From positions 6,127-70,126 of the forward strand of contig CALXTR010000006.1 of the NCBI GenBank assembly GCA_944391475.1: a DNA stretch of 64,000 nt, written 5' to 3'. The translations under genes and the position numbers were made by a program. Shown here in pieces: positions 40,656 to 51,116 of this stretch (positions are counted from its first letter, which is position 1; every line of letters starts with the position of its first letter). Below the pieces are notes generated by a model that saw only the letters and a program-made list of their open reading frames with translations, had not been told where the DNA came from and did not search any database. Source of the DNA: an uncultured Alphaproteobacteria bacterium (lineage in GTDB: Bacteria; Pseudomonadota; Alphaproteobacteria; RF32; CAG-239).

Positions 40656-42479
40656 TTATTTTTTATCTTTTAATGCCTCAGGAATTGGAGTAACTTCACC
40701 AACATTTTCCGGCACCTCCGTTTGCATCTGAGACTGTTGCTCTTTTCGCATTTTAAGCATATCAAAATAAGTTTTTCCGTTGATATCTTTTAGCTTGGGA
40801 TTAGCCTTAGCCTCGAGCAAAACCTCAGCCACAGCCTCACCATTAGGATTATAGAGTACTGTTAACATAAGTGGTGTTAAACCATTATTATCTTGAGCAT
40901 TAATATCAGCTCCAGCCTCAATCAATGCTTTTACCATATCCACATTCGGATTAGTAGCTGCCGCCATATGCAACGGAGTAACTTTCTCTGGGGTCTGCAT
41001 TTTCGCATCAGCCCCGAGTTTAATCATCTGGCGAACATTTTCCACCATATTTTCTTTTCCTGCGGCAATTATCAAGATAGGCGTCTCTTGCTTAGCAAAA
41101 TCAATTTTTCCACCTTTTTCTGCAAACTTTTTAAGCACTTCCACATCAGGGTTCATCACCGCTTGTATCATAGCACGATTAACAGCATCTTGATGTTTGC
41201 CATCTCTCACGTATGCATCTAACAACAAAAAGGTAATATTTTTTGCAAAACTACTTGCTGCAGCATAATCCAACGCAGTTCGACCTTGCTTATCTTGAGC
41301 AAAAATATCAATTTTTTGAGTTAATAAATAATTCAAGAGATTTTCATTAACATTATTTTTAACGGCATACATAAGCAATGTCTGACCATTATTATCAGCT
41401 ACATTAAAATTAGCCCCATTTTTTTTGAGCAAATCCAAAACCCCTATACTCTGACCTTCAATCATTGCAGCAAACAAAGGGGTCTGTCCTTGATGATTTT
41501 TGCGATTGACAATATTGTCATATTCCAAAACTTTCGCGAGCATTTTTTCTTGATTAGGAATTTGCACCGTTTCTGCAATCAAAGAAAAATCATCATCATC
41601 AAAACGCATTTTCATATTAGCACTAGCCAATACTTCTAAAACCATAGGATCTTTATTTTTAGTCACGGCATTTTTTAAGATTCCTTTAGGATTATTAGTC
41701 AAATCAGCCCCGGCATCAATCAAAGCCTGTACCATTTGCGCCCCACGAGATTGGAATAGAGCAATCATTAACGGGGTCATCTCTTGCAAATTAGGTTGAT
41801 TAACATCACTACCATTTTCGGCTAATAACTTAATAACATCAGGATTTACATTAAGCATAACGGCTTTTGCAATCAATGTATTTCCTTCTTTATCCATTTC
41901 TTGCACATTTGCCCCAGCTTTAACCAATGCTTCTACCACATCATAAGGAGCATTTGTCTGCAAAGCCAGATTAACCAAACCAAGTTTTCCCTCTAGCTTA
42001 AATTTAGTATCTGCTCGACGTTTCAGTAACAATTTTACAATATCAGCATTTTTTGAGTGAGTAACAGCAAAAGCCAGTGGTGACCAACCGTTCATATTCT
42101 CAAAATTAGCATTAGCGCCGGCATCTAACAATAACTTCACCGCCTCCGCATTCTGACTTAAGATAGCCATCAACAAAGGAGTAATACCATCTTTAGCTTC
42201 TACATTAACTTGTGCACCAGCATCTAACACAGCCTTTACCATATCAGCATCTTTATTAGCTGCGGCATAAGTAATTAAAGTATAGCCATTCGCATCAGCC
42301 TTTTTCAAATCCGGCTTATGAATTCTCAAATATTTTTTTACCTTACTCGGAGCAGATTCTTCAGCAGCCTGAAAGACATTAGTAATCCCGGTATTATCAT
42401 GATAATAGTTATAATACCCGATACCACCAGCTGCAACAACCGCTACCGCAGCAACACTCATCAATAAATATTTTTTCAT
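40656..42479 (-). CDS. ankyrin repeat protein with an N-terminal signal/anchor
   Basis: More than 12 G.TPL..A...(L)..GA..N repeats. Confidence 0.92.
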   Translation of the reverse strand: MKKYLLMSVAAVAVVAAGGIGYYNYYHDNTGITNVFQAAEESAPSKVKKYLRIHKPDLKKADANGYTLITYAAANKDADMVKAVLDAGAQVNVEAKDGITPLLMAILSQNAEAVKLLLDAGANANFENMNGWSPLAFAVTHSKNADIVKLLLKRRADTKFKLEGKLGLVNLALQTNAPYDVVEALVKAGANVQEMDKEGNTLIAKAVMLNVNPDVIKLLAENGSDVNQPNLQEMTPLMIALFQSRGAQMVQALIDAGADLTNNPKGILKNAVTKNKDPMVLEVLASANMKMRFDDDDFSLIAETVQIPNQEKMLAKVLEYDNIVNRKNHQGQTPLFAAMIEGQSIGVLDLLKKNGANFNVADNNGQTLLMYAVKNNVNENLLNYLLTQKIDIFAQDKQGRTALDYAAASSFAKNITFLLLDAYVRDGKHQDAVNRAMIQAVMNPDVEVLKKFAEKGGKIDFAKQETPILIIAAGKENMVENVRQMIKLGADAKMQTPEKVTPLHMAAATNPNVDMVKALIEAGADINAQDNNGLTPLMLTVLYNPNGEAVAEVLLEAKANPKLKDINGKTYFDMLKMRKEQQSQMQTEVPENVGEVTPIPEALKDKK

Positions 42480-42493
42480 TATCTGCTCCTATC

Positions 42494-43816
42494 TTATTTG
42501 TTTGACAAAGTCAGCCCATCAACTAGTACTGAAGGCGAACCGACATTTGTTTGATAAAAGTCCAAATCACTACCCACTTTACGAATATTCATCAACAATT
42601 CGTAAAAATTTCCAGCAATGGTAAATTGAGTAACTGGCTGACCGATTTTACCATTTTCAACCAAGAAACCGGCTCCCACCACTGAGAAATCGCCCGAGAC
42701 CAAATCCATACCCACATTCAGACCCTTAATTTCAGAAATGAGTATACCATCATTAAGTTCACAAAGCAATTGTTCAAATGATGTTTCCCCAGATTTAAGA
42801 TATAAATTTGTAATAAGATTTTTCCCGTTTCCGGTAGAATGAGTCTTAAAGCGATGTGCCGTTTTGAGATTATGTAAGTAGGTCTGCAACACTCCATCTT
42901 TGATAATTTCTTTTTGAGAGGTCGGATAACCTTCATAATCAAAAGCTCTGGTTTGCATACCACCTTCCATAAACGGGTCTTCCACCACACTCACCAGCTG
43001 ACTAGCTACCTTTTTACCGATTTTGCCTTCAAATTTTGATTTTTTATCAATAATATCTTGTGCAAATGTAGCCTTGACCAACTTTCCAAGCAAAGCCCGA
43101 AAAGCTCTGTTTTTAATCACCACCGGCATTTTTCCAGACGTAAAATCAACGGCGTGGAGTTTAGATAATGCATCATCTACAACTTTTTTAGCTAAACTTT
43201 GCGGATTAAAATCTTCGTCTTTATCAAAAACCACATATTCAAAAGCATCTTTAACTTCATCACCGTCCTTGACCGCCAGATAGAGCGTGGCATTGGCCTG
43301 AGCCCAGTCTATATCCAGATTAAGCCCCAAAGAATTTCGTAATATTGCTTGATATTTGTTTTCTCTGTACCGACAATTAAGTACTTTGCTCACAAGCTTA
43401 CTTTGCTTATAGGCTTCTTTTTCAAGTTTTTGTAAAAATTCTTCTTTGTCGAGTTTTTCCAACTTGTCAGTCAAAGGTCTGTATGGTTTTAAATCTTGAC
43501 GATATTCGCCACTACCATCATGAAAGAAGTTTTCATCTTCATCAGAAATCAGCTCAGCATTTTCTACCGCGTTTGATATAATCTCTGGGATATCTTTTTC
43601 CTCAAATGGAGCGCGGAGAACATATTGACCGATTTTGCCGTTTTTCTTAACCTTAAAAGACAAAGTCTGCGTTTCACTGTTTTCAGCTTTTTCAATTTTA
43701 CTCTCAAACAACGACAAACCGGACTCAGCATTATAACCACAATAGATTTGAAACTCACCGACATTTTCATTTTCTGCTGCCGCATATAAGGCCTCAACAA
43801 AAGCTTTTGCTTCCAT
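42494..43816 (-). CDS. pmbA: TldE/PmbA family protein
   Basis: FDYEG.P, II.DG.L..YLH, SGDFS, GSPS; follows tldD. Confidence 0.88.
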   Translation of the reverse strand: MEAKAFVEALYAAAENENVGEFQIYCGYNAESGLSLFESKIEKAENSETQTLSFKVKKNGKIGQYVLRAPFEEKDIPEIISNAVENAELISDEDENFFHDGSGEYRQDLKPYRPLTDKLEKLDKEEFLQKLEKEAYKQSKLVSKVLNCRYRENKYQAILRNSLGLNLDIDWAQANATLYLAVKDGDEVKDAFEYVVFDKDEDFNPQSLAKKVVDDALSKLHAVDFTSGKMPVVIKNRAFRALLGKLVKATFAQDIIDKKSKFEGKIGKKVASQLVSVVEDPFMEGGMQTRAFDYEGYPTSQKEIIKDGVLQTYLHNLKTAHRFKTHSTGNGKNLITNLYLKSGETSFEQLLCELNDGILISEIKGLNVGMDLVSGDFSVVGAGFLVENGKIGQPVTQFTIAGNFYELLMNIRKVGSDLDFYQTNVGSPSVLVDGLTLSNK

Positions 43817-45213
43817 TATCCCTGTCCTCCTACCGTAATTTCACTCACTCTGATAGTAGGCTGTCCCACTGTTACCGGAACACTACCCGAACTTGCACCG
43901 CAAGTACCTTCTTTGAGCTTCAAATCATTACCCACCATATCAATTCTCTTCAAAACATCTATACCTTTCCCAATAAGGCGAGCCCCTTTAACTTGCTCGG
44001 CAATTTTGCCGTCTCTGATGATGTAGGCCTCACTAACCGCAAAGTTAAATTCTCCGGTCGTCGTGTTAACCGACCCTCCGCTGATTTCTTTGGCATAAAG
44101 CCCATATTTAGTGTTGGCAATAATTTCTTCGGGTTCAGATTTACCAGCTGCAATAAAGGTATTGCTCATTCTAGGCACCGGCATATAGGTATAGTCTTCA
44201 CGCCTTGCCGCCGCGTTAGACGGCATACCGATTTTTCGACCATAGAACTTGTCAACCAAATAATTTTTAAGCACTCCGTTTTCAATCAGCAACCGAGTTT
44301 GTACCGGTGTACCTTCATCATCAATATTAACCGAACCCCAAAGACCGGGTTTAAGCCCATCATCATAAGCGCTCACCAGTTCACTTGCCACTTGCTGGCC
44401 GATTTTGCCGCAAAATTCCGACATCCCGCGCGAAATCGCAATCGCCTCCAAGCTATGTCCGCAAGCTTCATGAAAAATTGTACCCCCAAACCCATTGGCG
44501 ATAATCATCGGCATCTTTCCGCTGGGAGCATTTTTCGCATAAGTTCTGGCAATGGCTTTTTCCGCCAACTCGTTTGCAAAAGCAGCCTTTCCGTCGGGAA
44601 ACTCATCTAAAAGTTCATACCCACACATTTTAGCAAAACCAAGACTAGCCTCCTCTTTAATATCTTCACGCAGAGCCGTTGCCATCAAACGGAACCGTGA
44701 ACGAATTTGGCTATCTTCCGCCCATAGTCCATCCGAATTTGCCACCAAAATCTGCCTGTCTTCTGCTTGAATAGTTCCTGCTGCTTTGCAAATTAAATTG
44801 CTGTGAGCATAAACCAGATTAGACAACTCAGATAAAAGCTCGATTTTTTGTTTTTTCGCTACTGAAAGCGGATGCACCAAGACCGCATTTTGGTTATGAA
44901 CTTCTAACGGATTATTAAGATTAATGATGTTGTGAGTACTTTTTTGTTTAATTGCCTGCGCCGCTTTACGTGCAGTTTTGAGCAAATTATCACGGGTCAA
45001 AACATTGGTATAAGCATAAGTCTGGAACTCGCCGCTAAAAATGCGCACTCCAACTCCAAATTGCTTGGTAGAAGTGATGTTTTTAACTTGTCTCTCTGAC
45101 ATTGAGATATCTTCGTTTTTCTTGTTTTCAACAAACACTTCGGCAAAATCGCCCCCTGAAGCTAAAGCCTCATCTAAAACATCGCCCACTAATGCCTTAT
45201 CTAACAAGCTCAT
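43816..45213 (-). CDS. tldD: TldD metalloprotease
   Basis: GGDFAEVF, HEACGH (HExxxH), DDEG.P, PRMSNT, CG..SG.VPV..GQP. Confidence 0.93.
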   Translation of the reverse strand: MSLLDKALVGDVLDEALASGGDFAEVFVENKKNEDISMSERQVKNITSTKQFGVGVRIFSGEFQTYAYTNVLTRDNLLKTARKAAQAIKQKSTHNIINLNNPLEVHNQNAVLVHPLSVAKKQKIELLSELSNLVYAHSNLICKAAGTIQAEDRQILVANSDGLWAEDSQIRSRFRLMATALREDIKEEASLGFAKMCGYELLDEFPDGKAAFANELAEKAIARTYAKNAPSGKMPMIIANGFGGTIFHEACGHSLEAIAISRGMSEFCGKIGQQVASELVSAYDDGLKPGLWGSVNIDDEGTPVQTRLLIENGVLKNYLVDKFYGRKIGMPSNAAARREDYTYMPVPRMSNTFIAAGKSEPEEIIANTKYGLYAKEISGGSVNTTTGEFNFAVSEAYIIRDGKIAEQVKGARLIGKGIDVLKRIDMVGNDLKLKEGTCGASSGSVPVTVGQPTIRVSEITVGGQG

Positions 45214-45222
45214 TTTTTCCTC

Positions 45223-46158
45223 TTAAAAATCATTTTGCTTCAAAAAATTTTTAGTCTCTTGCCGCAAAGTCTTAAACAACATTTTGCTACCATGCCCCAT
45301 ATCCGGCACAATCACCAATTTAGAGTTTGGCATCGCTTTGTGCAGGCGATAAGCACCTTTAAGCGGGCACACAAAATCCAACCGATTATGCACGATTAAA
45401 GTAGGTATTTTAGAAATTTTTTTGATATTCTTAAAAATTTCGTTTTCCTTTAGATAGAACTTTTTGGCTGCGTACATAATAAAGATACGGTTCTGGGCCA
45501 AACTTTCTTCCGTCACCTCTTGGAGCTCAAATTGCGGATTAAGCGCTGAGCGCAACCGTTCATACATACCATAACGCGTAATTGCATATTGCTGTTTTTC
45601 ACGCTCGCCCGAACAAATCATTTGAGCATAATAAGACGGAATATTTTCCCACTCCGAAACTCCTTCTTTAATTTTATCCAGTACATCAGGATAGAAATAT
45701 GCCGCATCTTCTTCTTCCCATTTTTCAGCATCTTTATCAGCTAAAAATACGCTGTTTAAGATTAGCGCACGAACCTGCTTTGGAAAAGCTTCAGCAAACT
45801 TAAGAGCCATAGCCGCCCCCCAAGACGGACCTTTAACAATCAGCTTATCAAAAATTTTCAGATGTTTGAGTAATCTCTCTGCATCATTAATGATATCAGT
45901 TGAGGTATTTTTATTCCACTGCCCCATTGGCAAAGACTTTCCGCCGCCACGTTGATCAAAACCAATTACTCGATATTTTTTCAAATCAAAATCTTGGGCA
46001 TGTTTAGGCTTAAAACTTCCCCCCGGACCGCCATGAAATACGAGCACCGGACGACCGTTGGGATTTCCAAATTCCTGAAAAAACACTTTATGTCCGTCCA
46101 CTTCCGGTAAATACCCGCTATTAAAAGCTTTCGGTTCAAACCAACTATCCCAAAGCAT
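45223..46158 (-). CDS. pip: proline iminopeptidase (alpha/beta hydrolase)
   Basis: GNP.G.PV..FHGGPG, FDQRG.G.S, G.SWG. Confidence 0.88.
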   Translation of the reverse strand: MLWDSWFEPKAFNSGYLPEVDGHKVFFQEFGNPNGRPVLVFHGGPGGSFKPKHAQDFDLKKYRVIGFDQRGGGKSLPMGQWNKNTSTDIINDAERLLKHLKIFDKLIVKGPSWGAAMALKFAEAFPKQVRALILNSVFLADKDAEKWEEEDAAYFYPDVLDKIKEGVSEWENIPSYYAQMICSGEREKQQYAITRYGMYERLRSALNPQFELQEVTEESLAQNRIFIMYAAKKFYLKENEIFKNIKKISKIPTLIVHNRLDFVCPLKGAYRLHKAMPNSKLVIVPDMGHGSKMLFKTLRQETKNFLKQNDF

Positions 46159-46681
46159 CGTTTTTAGTCTCCTCTGCTTCGTTTAAATCAATCCAAAAAC
46201 GTAAGACATCACCATTAGGCTCGTCTTCAACTCCACCATTTTTCATAATCACCTCAATTGAGGCAAAATTGTCATACCTTGCCGTTAACAAAATCTTTTT
46301 CATACCTTTACGTTTAGCTTCATCTTTAAGAGCCGTCAAAATTTCACTAGCATACCCTTTTCCGCGACATTCGGGGCGCACATAATAGCCACAATTTCCG
46401 CCTGCTTTTTCTAAATCTTCATTGAGTTCGTGTCGCAAACGACCAATACCTACCAGCTTTGAACCATCATATACCCAATACGTTGTCGTTGGTACCATAC
46501 CTTCCTCTAAATACAGCCCCAAAGCCGAATTATACAAACGTTGTAAAAACCCCACAATAGTTACTTTTGAAATTCTGCCATACCCTCGCAAAAAGGCCGA
46601 ATCTTCTTCCGGAATTTGTGAAAGCATCTCCAATACTTCGGGCTTATAACGCAACCCCGCTTGCACTAATCTAACCGTCAC
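46145..46681 (-). CDS. GNAT acetyltransferase
   Basis: LRH.L...L...GG..GY.VRP..RGKGYA; N.AS..VI.KNGG. Confidence 0.88.
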   Translation of the reverse strand: MTVRLVQAGLRYKPEVLEMLSQIPEEDSAFLRGYGRISKVTIVGFLQRLYNSALGLYLEEGMVPTTTYWVYDGSKLVGIGRLRHELNEDLEKAGGNCGYYVRPECRGKGYASEILTALKDEAKRKGMKKILLTARYDNFASIEVIMKNGGVEDEPNGDVLRFWIDLNEAEETKNDALG

Positions 46682-46771
46682 TATTTCTTACCCTTGTTAA
46701 TCATAATTAAACTTCTATACATTATCTTAGTATAGCGACAAATTTATTAACCAAACGTAAAGAGATTACAA

Positions 46772-47494
46772 ATGGTAACCGCATATAAAAATATTTTAAT
46801 TTTAACCGGCGCCGGAATTTCTGCAGAATCCGGACTTTCGACTTTTCGCAGTTCCAATGGCTTATGGAACAATCACCGCGTTGAAGATGTTGCCTCCATC
46901 GAAGGTTTTGAGCGCAACCCAGCCTTAGTGCACGATTTTTATAATGAGCTCAAAGTTGAGATTGCCAAAGCCAAACCTAATGCAGCGCATTTGGCAATCA
47001 CCAAGTTGCAACAAGAATATCCGGGACAAATAAGCATCGCCACCCAAAATGTCGATACCTTACACGAAAAAGCCGGCAATCAAAATGTTTATCACATCCA
47101 TGGACAAGTCAATCAGGCGGTTTGCTTAAACTGCGGACAGATTATGGAAACCTGGGGCGATGTTGATACCGAAACCACCTGCCCGCACTGCAATATTATG
47201 GGTATGATGAAACCCAATATTGTTTTCTTTGGTGAGAATTTATTGTGCATGGATAAGGTGGATGAACTTTTGCGCCACTGCGACTTATTTATCTCAATTG
47301 GTACTTCAGGCGTGGTTTATCCAGCCGCAGGCTTTGTACAAACTGCCAAATATTATGGAGCCGATACAATTGAGTTTACCTTAGAAACCACCGCCAATAA
47401 TTTTTTGTTTGATAAGCATATTTACGGCAAAGCCGGAGAAACTTTTCCACCCTTTGTTGAGGAGCTGATTAAGAAAACAAAAAAGGAAGCCTAA
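46772..47494 (+). CDS. cobB: NAD-dependent protein deacylase (sirtuin)
   Basis: GAGISAESG..TFR, TQNVD.LH, HG, Zn cysteine pairs, IGTSG.VYPAAG. Confidence 0.95.
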   Translation: MVTAYKNILILTGAGISAESGLSTFRSSNGLWNNHRVEDVASIEGFERNPALVHDFYNELKVEIAKAKPNAAHLAITKLQQEYPGQISIATQNVDTLHEKAGNQNVYHIHGQVNQAVCLNCGQIMETWGDVDTETTCPHCNIMGMMKPNIVFFGENLLCMDKVDELLRHCDLFISIGTSGVVYPAAGFVQTAKYYGADTIEFTLETTANNFLFDKHIYGKAGETFPPFVEELIKKTKKEA

Positions 47495-47508
47495 ATGCTT
47501 CCTGTTTT

Positions 47509-48183
47509 TTACTTTTTCATATTTTCCAACCAATGGAAGAACTTTCTGTCTCGATGATTATAAATATAAACAGCTACCAAAATAAAGTATAACAGTCCCA
47601 ATCCCCACAAGCCCCAAAATTTGAGATCTTTGTCGTTCCATTCACGAGTAATTTCGTTCACATTTAGCGCCGAACCGGTAATCTTAATATCATCGGTCGG
47701 GTTCTCGTGCAAAACCGAAACTGCAATCTGATAATCGGGGTTCAGATAGTCAAAATCTAACACTAGCTCATCATTAACCGGATTAATTTTAGCGGTAATC
47801 GCATCAGTTGTGGCGGTGTTATCAAGAGTATAATGCACCATTCCGGCCTCTTTAGGTACAACCAAGCGAATTGGATCATGACCGGGCTTAGACACATCAG
47901 AACCCGAAAGCGCACTTGCCCCAACATTATATAAGTAGACCCGCGTTTGATATAAGTCTTTATATTCTTTGCCCTTGACCTGAACTTTATAATCATTTTC
48001 GTTTTGTGAGGAAATAAAATTTAATGTTTCGGTATCATATTTCAAAATCGGCCGACTGATATAGAATTGATACCAACCAACCGCAATCGCCGACACACCG
48101 ATAATAAATGCTCCGGTCTTACTGGTCAAAAAATCCCACAATGCTGCTATTATATATTTGCTCTTGCTTGTAAAATCAAACAT
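47509..48183 (-). CDS. hypothetical protein with two TM segments flanking a beta-rich domain
   Basis: 224 aa ORF with AGGAG RBS; no recognisable motif. Confidence 0.7.
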   Translation of the reverse strand: MFDFTSKSKYIIAALWDFLTSKTGAFIIGVSAIAVGWYQFYISRPILKYDTETLNFISSQNENDYKVQVKGKEYKDLYQTRVYLYNVGASALSGSDVSKPGHDPIRLVVPKEAGMVHYTLDNTATTDAITAKINPVNDELVLDFDYLNPDYQIAVSVLHENPTDDIKITGSALNVNEITREWNDKDLKFWGLWGLGLLYFILVAVYIYNHRDRKFFHWLENMKK

Positions 48184-48259
48184 CTCACACTCCTTTTATC
48201 TGCTAAGAAGATATAATCTCTCCTCTGCAAATAAAAAGATAGCAAGATGAAAATAAAGA

Positions 48260-50524
48260 TTATAACCGCCGTTTTAGATTGCCTTTACGACAATTCGGAA
48301 CATCTTTTCCGTTTTTAAGCAAAGACATAATCTCGCGCACTTGCTGAGGTTGGTAGGATTTATAAAGGAAATCCGCCCGATAAAAATCCGCCGCCACTTC
48401 AGAAATCTGAGCTCCAAAGCATAGCGGCTCACGGGCAAACAACATCGTCTGACAGTCTTTAGACAATACATCATACTCTTGCCCATCACGAGTGAGCTTA
48501 AGCCACTTGGTACCACGTGGACAAATCTTGCATGGGTTTGAACGAATACAAGCCGCACTCGTAAATAGTGGTGCATCTTGATATACGCTAAAGACAATCG
48601 GCAACGGCGACACTTCGGATAATTTTTGCCAGTTTTCCAAATTGTCTTCTATCGATAAGCATACTCTTGATGCTCCCATTTCTTTGGCCTGCATAATTGC
48701 TTGAGAGTTTAACATATATAATGAGACATCAAAACTTAAATCAATTCCCTGATGCGGCAAAAATTCCAATCCCCAATAGTTTCCGATTTCCCATTTGCGA
48801 TAACCTTGCGCAATTAGCTTGTCAGTAATCTCAGTCCATAGTTTGGGGTTGCGAGCCACGGCCGGCAAAGCAAAACGTAATTTGTTTTTGGGAATGCACT
48901 TCCAATCATCAGGGATAGATTCCGGAGATAGCATAAAAGTGATTTCTGCCACTTCATCACAATTAATACCCTGCAAGACTTCTTTTTGGTCAGTTCTAAT
49001 TATCCATTGCGGAGTGTTTTTAGAACGACACGGTGTAAGTGGTGGCAACTCACGCGAAGTTGATAGCACTGCTGGCAAACTTGCATATAATTGGCGGCGC
49101 AGTTCATTGAGCATTGAAACCGGCACAAACAAATTTTGCGGATTTTCTAAAGTAAGGCTGACAAGTTCAATTCCGACATCTCCCCCTTTGGCAAAAGCTT
49201 TTTCAAAAGCCTCATTAGTCTTGAGCGGATTATCTGCGGTTGTGAAACTCCCACTTAAAGAAACTCTCTGACCTTCAGCTTGCGCCCATACTTCAGATTC
49301 GCTCACGCCGGCAAGCACAACAACCTTGCGCCGCGGTTTGAATGCTCCGGGTTTTGGTTTAGAGTAGTCATATGCTCCTTTAACCCGACTAGACGAGGCT
49401 AAATAAATATTTTGCCCTTTCCTTAAAAAGGGAGATTTGGGCGGCATAATAACTTCAACCACATCACCGGCTTTAGCCTCAAAACCGCTTTTAGCGTTAA
49501 TGCGCATTTCTTGTACAGCAAATCCGAATGGCTTTTCTTGCCCGTCTACATCAATCTGAATACCATCATGGCGAGCAATTGGGAATTTGGTCTTGAAAAC
49601 AATCTTGTTTTTAACAATTTGCTCGATTCTGCCGGTCAAAAGCCCACGATGCCCCACAAATTCGCGGTCAATAATGTCTTTGTTGCGCCCCTTGAAATGA
49701 AAATCGCACCACGGCCGCGCAAAAATCTGCTTAATATTATCGGCTTTTGCTTGAATAGCTCCCTTCCCGTCTAAAATATTGCGATAATAGTCAGTTACTG
49801 CTGCCACATAAAGAGCCGTCTTTTTACGCCCTTCAATTTTGAGCGAAGTAACCGGCATCTTTAAGATGTTTTCTTCTAGCGCCATATCTTTCATTGAGAA
49901 ATAGTGTTTGTTGCCATCTTCACCACCAAACTCTGCTCGACACGGATATAAACACTTGCCCCGATTGGCACTTCTGCCATATTCAAGTGAAGAAAATAGG
50001 CATAATCCGCTATATGAGTAACACAAAGCCCCATGAATAAAGGCCTCGGTTTCCAATCCCGGAATAGCGGCAATTTCCCTAATCTCAGAAAGCGTGAGCT
50101 CACGAGCTAAAACCACACGACTAAATCCGGCTTTTTGCAAAGCTAAAGCCCCTTCCTTATTATGCACCGCCATTTGCGTACTGGCATGGAGTTCAAGTTC
50201 AGGATAATTAGCTTTAACGATTCTAGCCACTCCCAAATCTTGTACAATCAGTGCATCAACATTGGTGCGGACACAAATCTCAAGATTCTTAATTAAATCT
50301 TGCAGCTCCGATTCCTCAATAAGCGTATTAAGTGCCACATATACCTTCCGATTAAGCGAATGAGCATAAGCTACAAACTCAGCCAGATTCGCCTCATCAA
50401 AATTTGTTGCGGTGGCACGTGCCGAAAACTGCTGCAATCCAAGATAAACAGCATCGGCACCATAGTAAAGAGCCGCATAACCGGCTTCAATATCGCCGGC
50501 CGGAGCCAAAAGTTCTTTAGTCAT
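48260..50524 (-). CDS. peptidase U32 family protein (RlhA-like RNA hydroxylation protein, DUF3656 extension)
   Basis: ELLAPAG, GADAVYLG, HASTQ, HGALC..YSG.C..S, NRG.C..PCR, LKIEGR; start at MTKELL. Confidence 0.9.
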   Translation of the reverse strand: MTKELLAPAGDIEAGYAALYYGADAVYLGLQQFSARATATNFDEANLAEFVAYAHSLNRKVYVALNTLIEESELQDLIKNLEICVRTNVDALIVQDLGVARIVKANYPELELHASTQMAVHNKEGALALQKAGFSRVVLARELTLSEIREIAAIPGLETEAFIHGALCYSYSGLCLFSSLEYGRSANRGKCLYPCRAEFGGEDGNKHYFSMKDMALEENILKMPVTSLKIEGRKKTALYVAAVTDYYRNILDGKGAIQAKADNIKQIFARPWCDFHFKGRNKDIIDREFVGHRGLLTGRIEQIVKNKIVFKTKFPIARHDGIQIDVDGQEKPFGFAVQEMRINAKSGFEAKAGDVVEVIMPPKSPFLRKGQNIYLASSSRVKGAYDYSKPKPGAFKPRRKVVVLAGVSESEVWAQAEGQRVSLSGSFTTADNPLKTNEAFEKAFAKGGDVGIELVSLTLENPQNLFVPVSMLNELRRQLYASLPAVLSTSRELPPLTPCRSKNTPQWIIRTDQKEVLQGINCDEVAEITFMLSPESIPDDWKCIPKNKLRFALPAVARNPKLWTEITDKLIAQGYRKWEIGNYWGLEFLPHQGIDLSFDVSLYMLNSQAIMQAKEMGASRVCLSIEDNLENWQKLSEVSPLPIVFSVYQDAPLFTSAACIRSNPCKICPRGTKWLKLTRDGQEYDVLSKDCQTMLFAREPLCFGAQISEVAADFYRADFLYKSYQPQQVREIMSLLKNGKDVPNCRKGNLKRRL

Positions 50525-50740
50525 AGAAGATTCCTTATAATTAATAATATAGAAGTATTTCAGGAAAAAAATAATGTCAAGGGCAATTAGTTTGTCCATT
50601 TCTGCGATTATCGCAATTTTTATCCATCTATATCTTTGAAAATTCACAAAAATTTTTTATTTTGGTAAAGATTTTTTAACACTTTTGATTTAGTTTAGAA
50701 AATGATTTCAGAACTTAAACTATTACTTTGGAGAATTAAA

Positions 50741-51049
50741 ATGAAAAACTTGAACGAAAATGCAATCAGAGAAGCTGCTTACTACATTTGGCAAAACAAC
50801 GGCTGCCCGTCTGGCACCAGCCTGCAAGATTGGAACTTGGCAATCAAACAATTGTCTTCTGCTAACAAATCTTCTTCTCTGTTAAAAACTGCATCTTCGA
50901 TGTTGAAAAGCACTTCTTCTGCAAAGAAGAGCAACAACAGCAAAACTTCTGCAAGCAAAATTGCTGCTCCGAAGAAGACCTCTGCAAAAGCTAGCGCAAA
51001 AGTAGCTACCAAATCTGCAGCTAAATCATGCGCAAAAAAATCTAAATAA
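50741..51049 (+). CDS. DUF2934 domain protein with a Lys/Ser/Ala-rich tail
   Basis: IREAAYYIW...G.P.G....DW..A signature; GGAG RBS. Confidence 0.85.
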   Translation: MKNLNENAIREAAYYIWQNNGCPSGTSLQDWNLAIKQLSSANKSSSLLKTASSMLKSTSSAKKSNNSKTSASKIAAPKKTSAKASAKVATKSAAKSCAKKSK

Positions 51050-51065
51050 TTAGATTAGAGCCAAG

Positions 51066-51110
51066 ATATCAAAAAAAAACTCCTCAAATTGAGGAGTTTT
51101 TTTTTGATAT
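51066..51110. terminator. perfect 21-bp-arm inverted repeat, bidirectional terminator
   Basis: atatcaaaaaaaaactcctca-aat-tgaggagtttttttttgatat. Confidence 0.85.
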
Positions 51111-51116
51111 TAAAGA

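Noticed and set aside
43807-44610. 267-aa plus-strand ORF
   Set aside because: Antisense shadow of tldD with no motifs.
50525-50647. N-terminal extensions in the ORF track (U32 protein; likewise rnfD, dsbD, hupB, DUF374, waaA, ogt)
   Set aside because: Downstream starts fit RBS position and family N-termini better.
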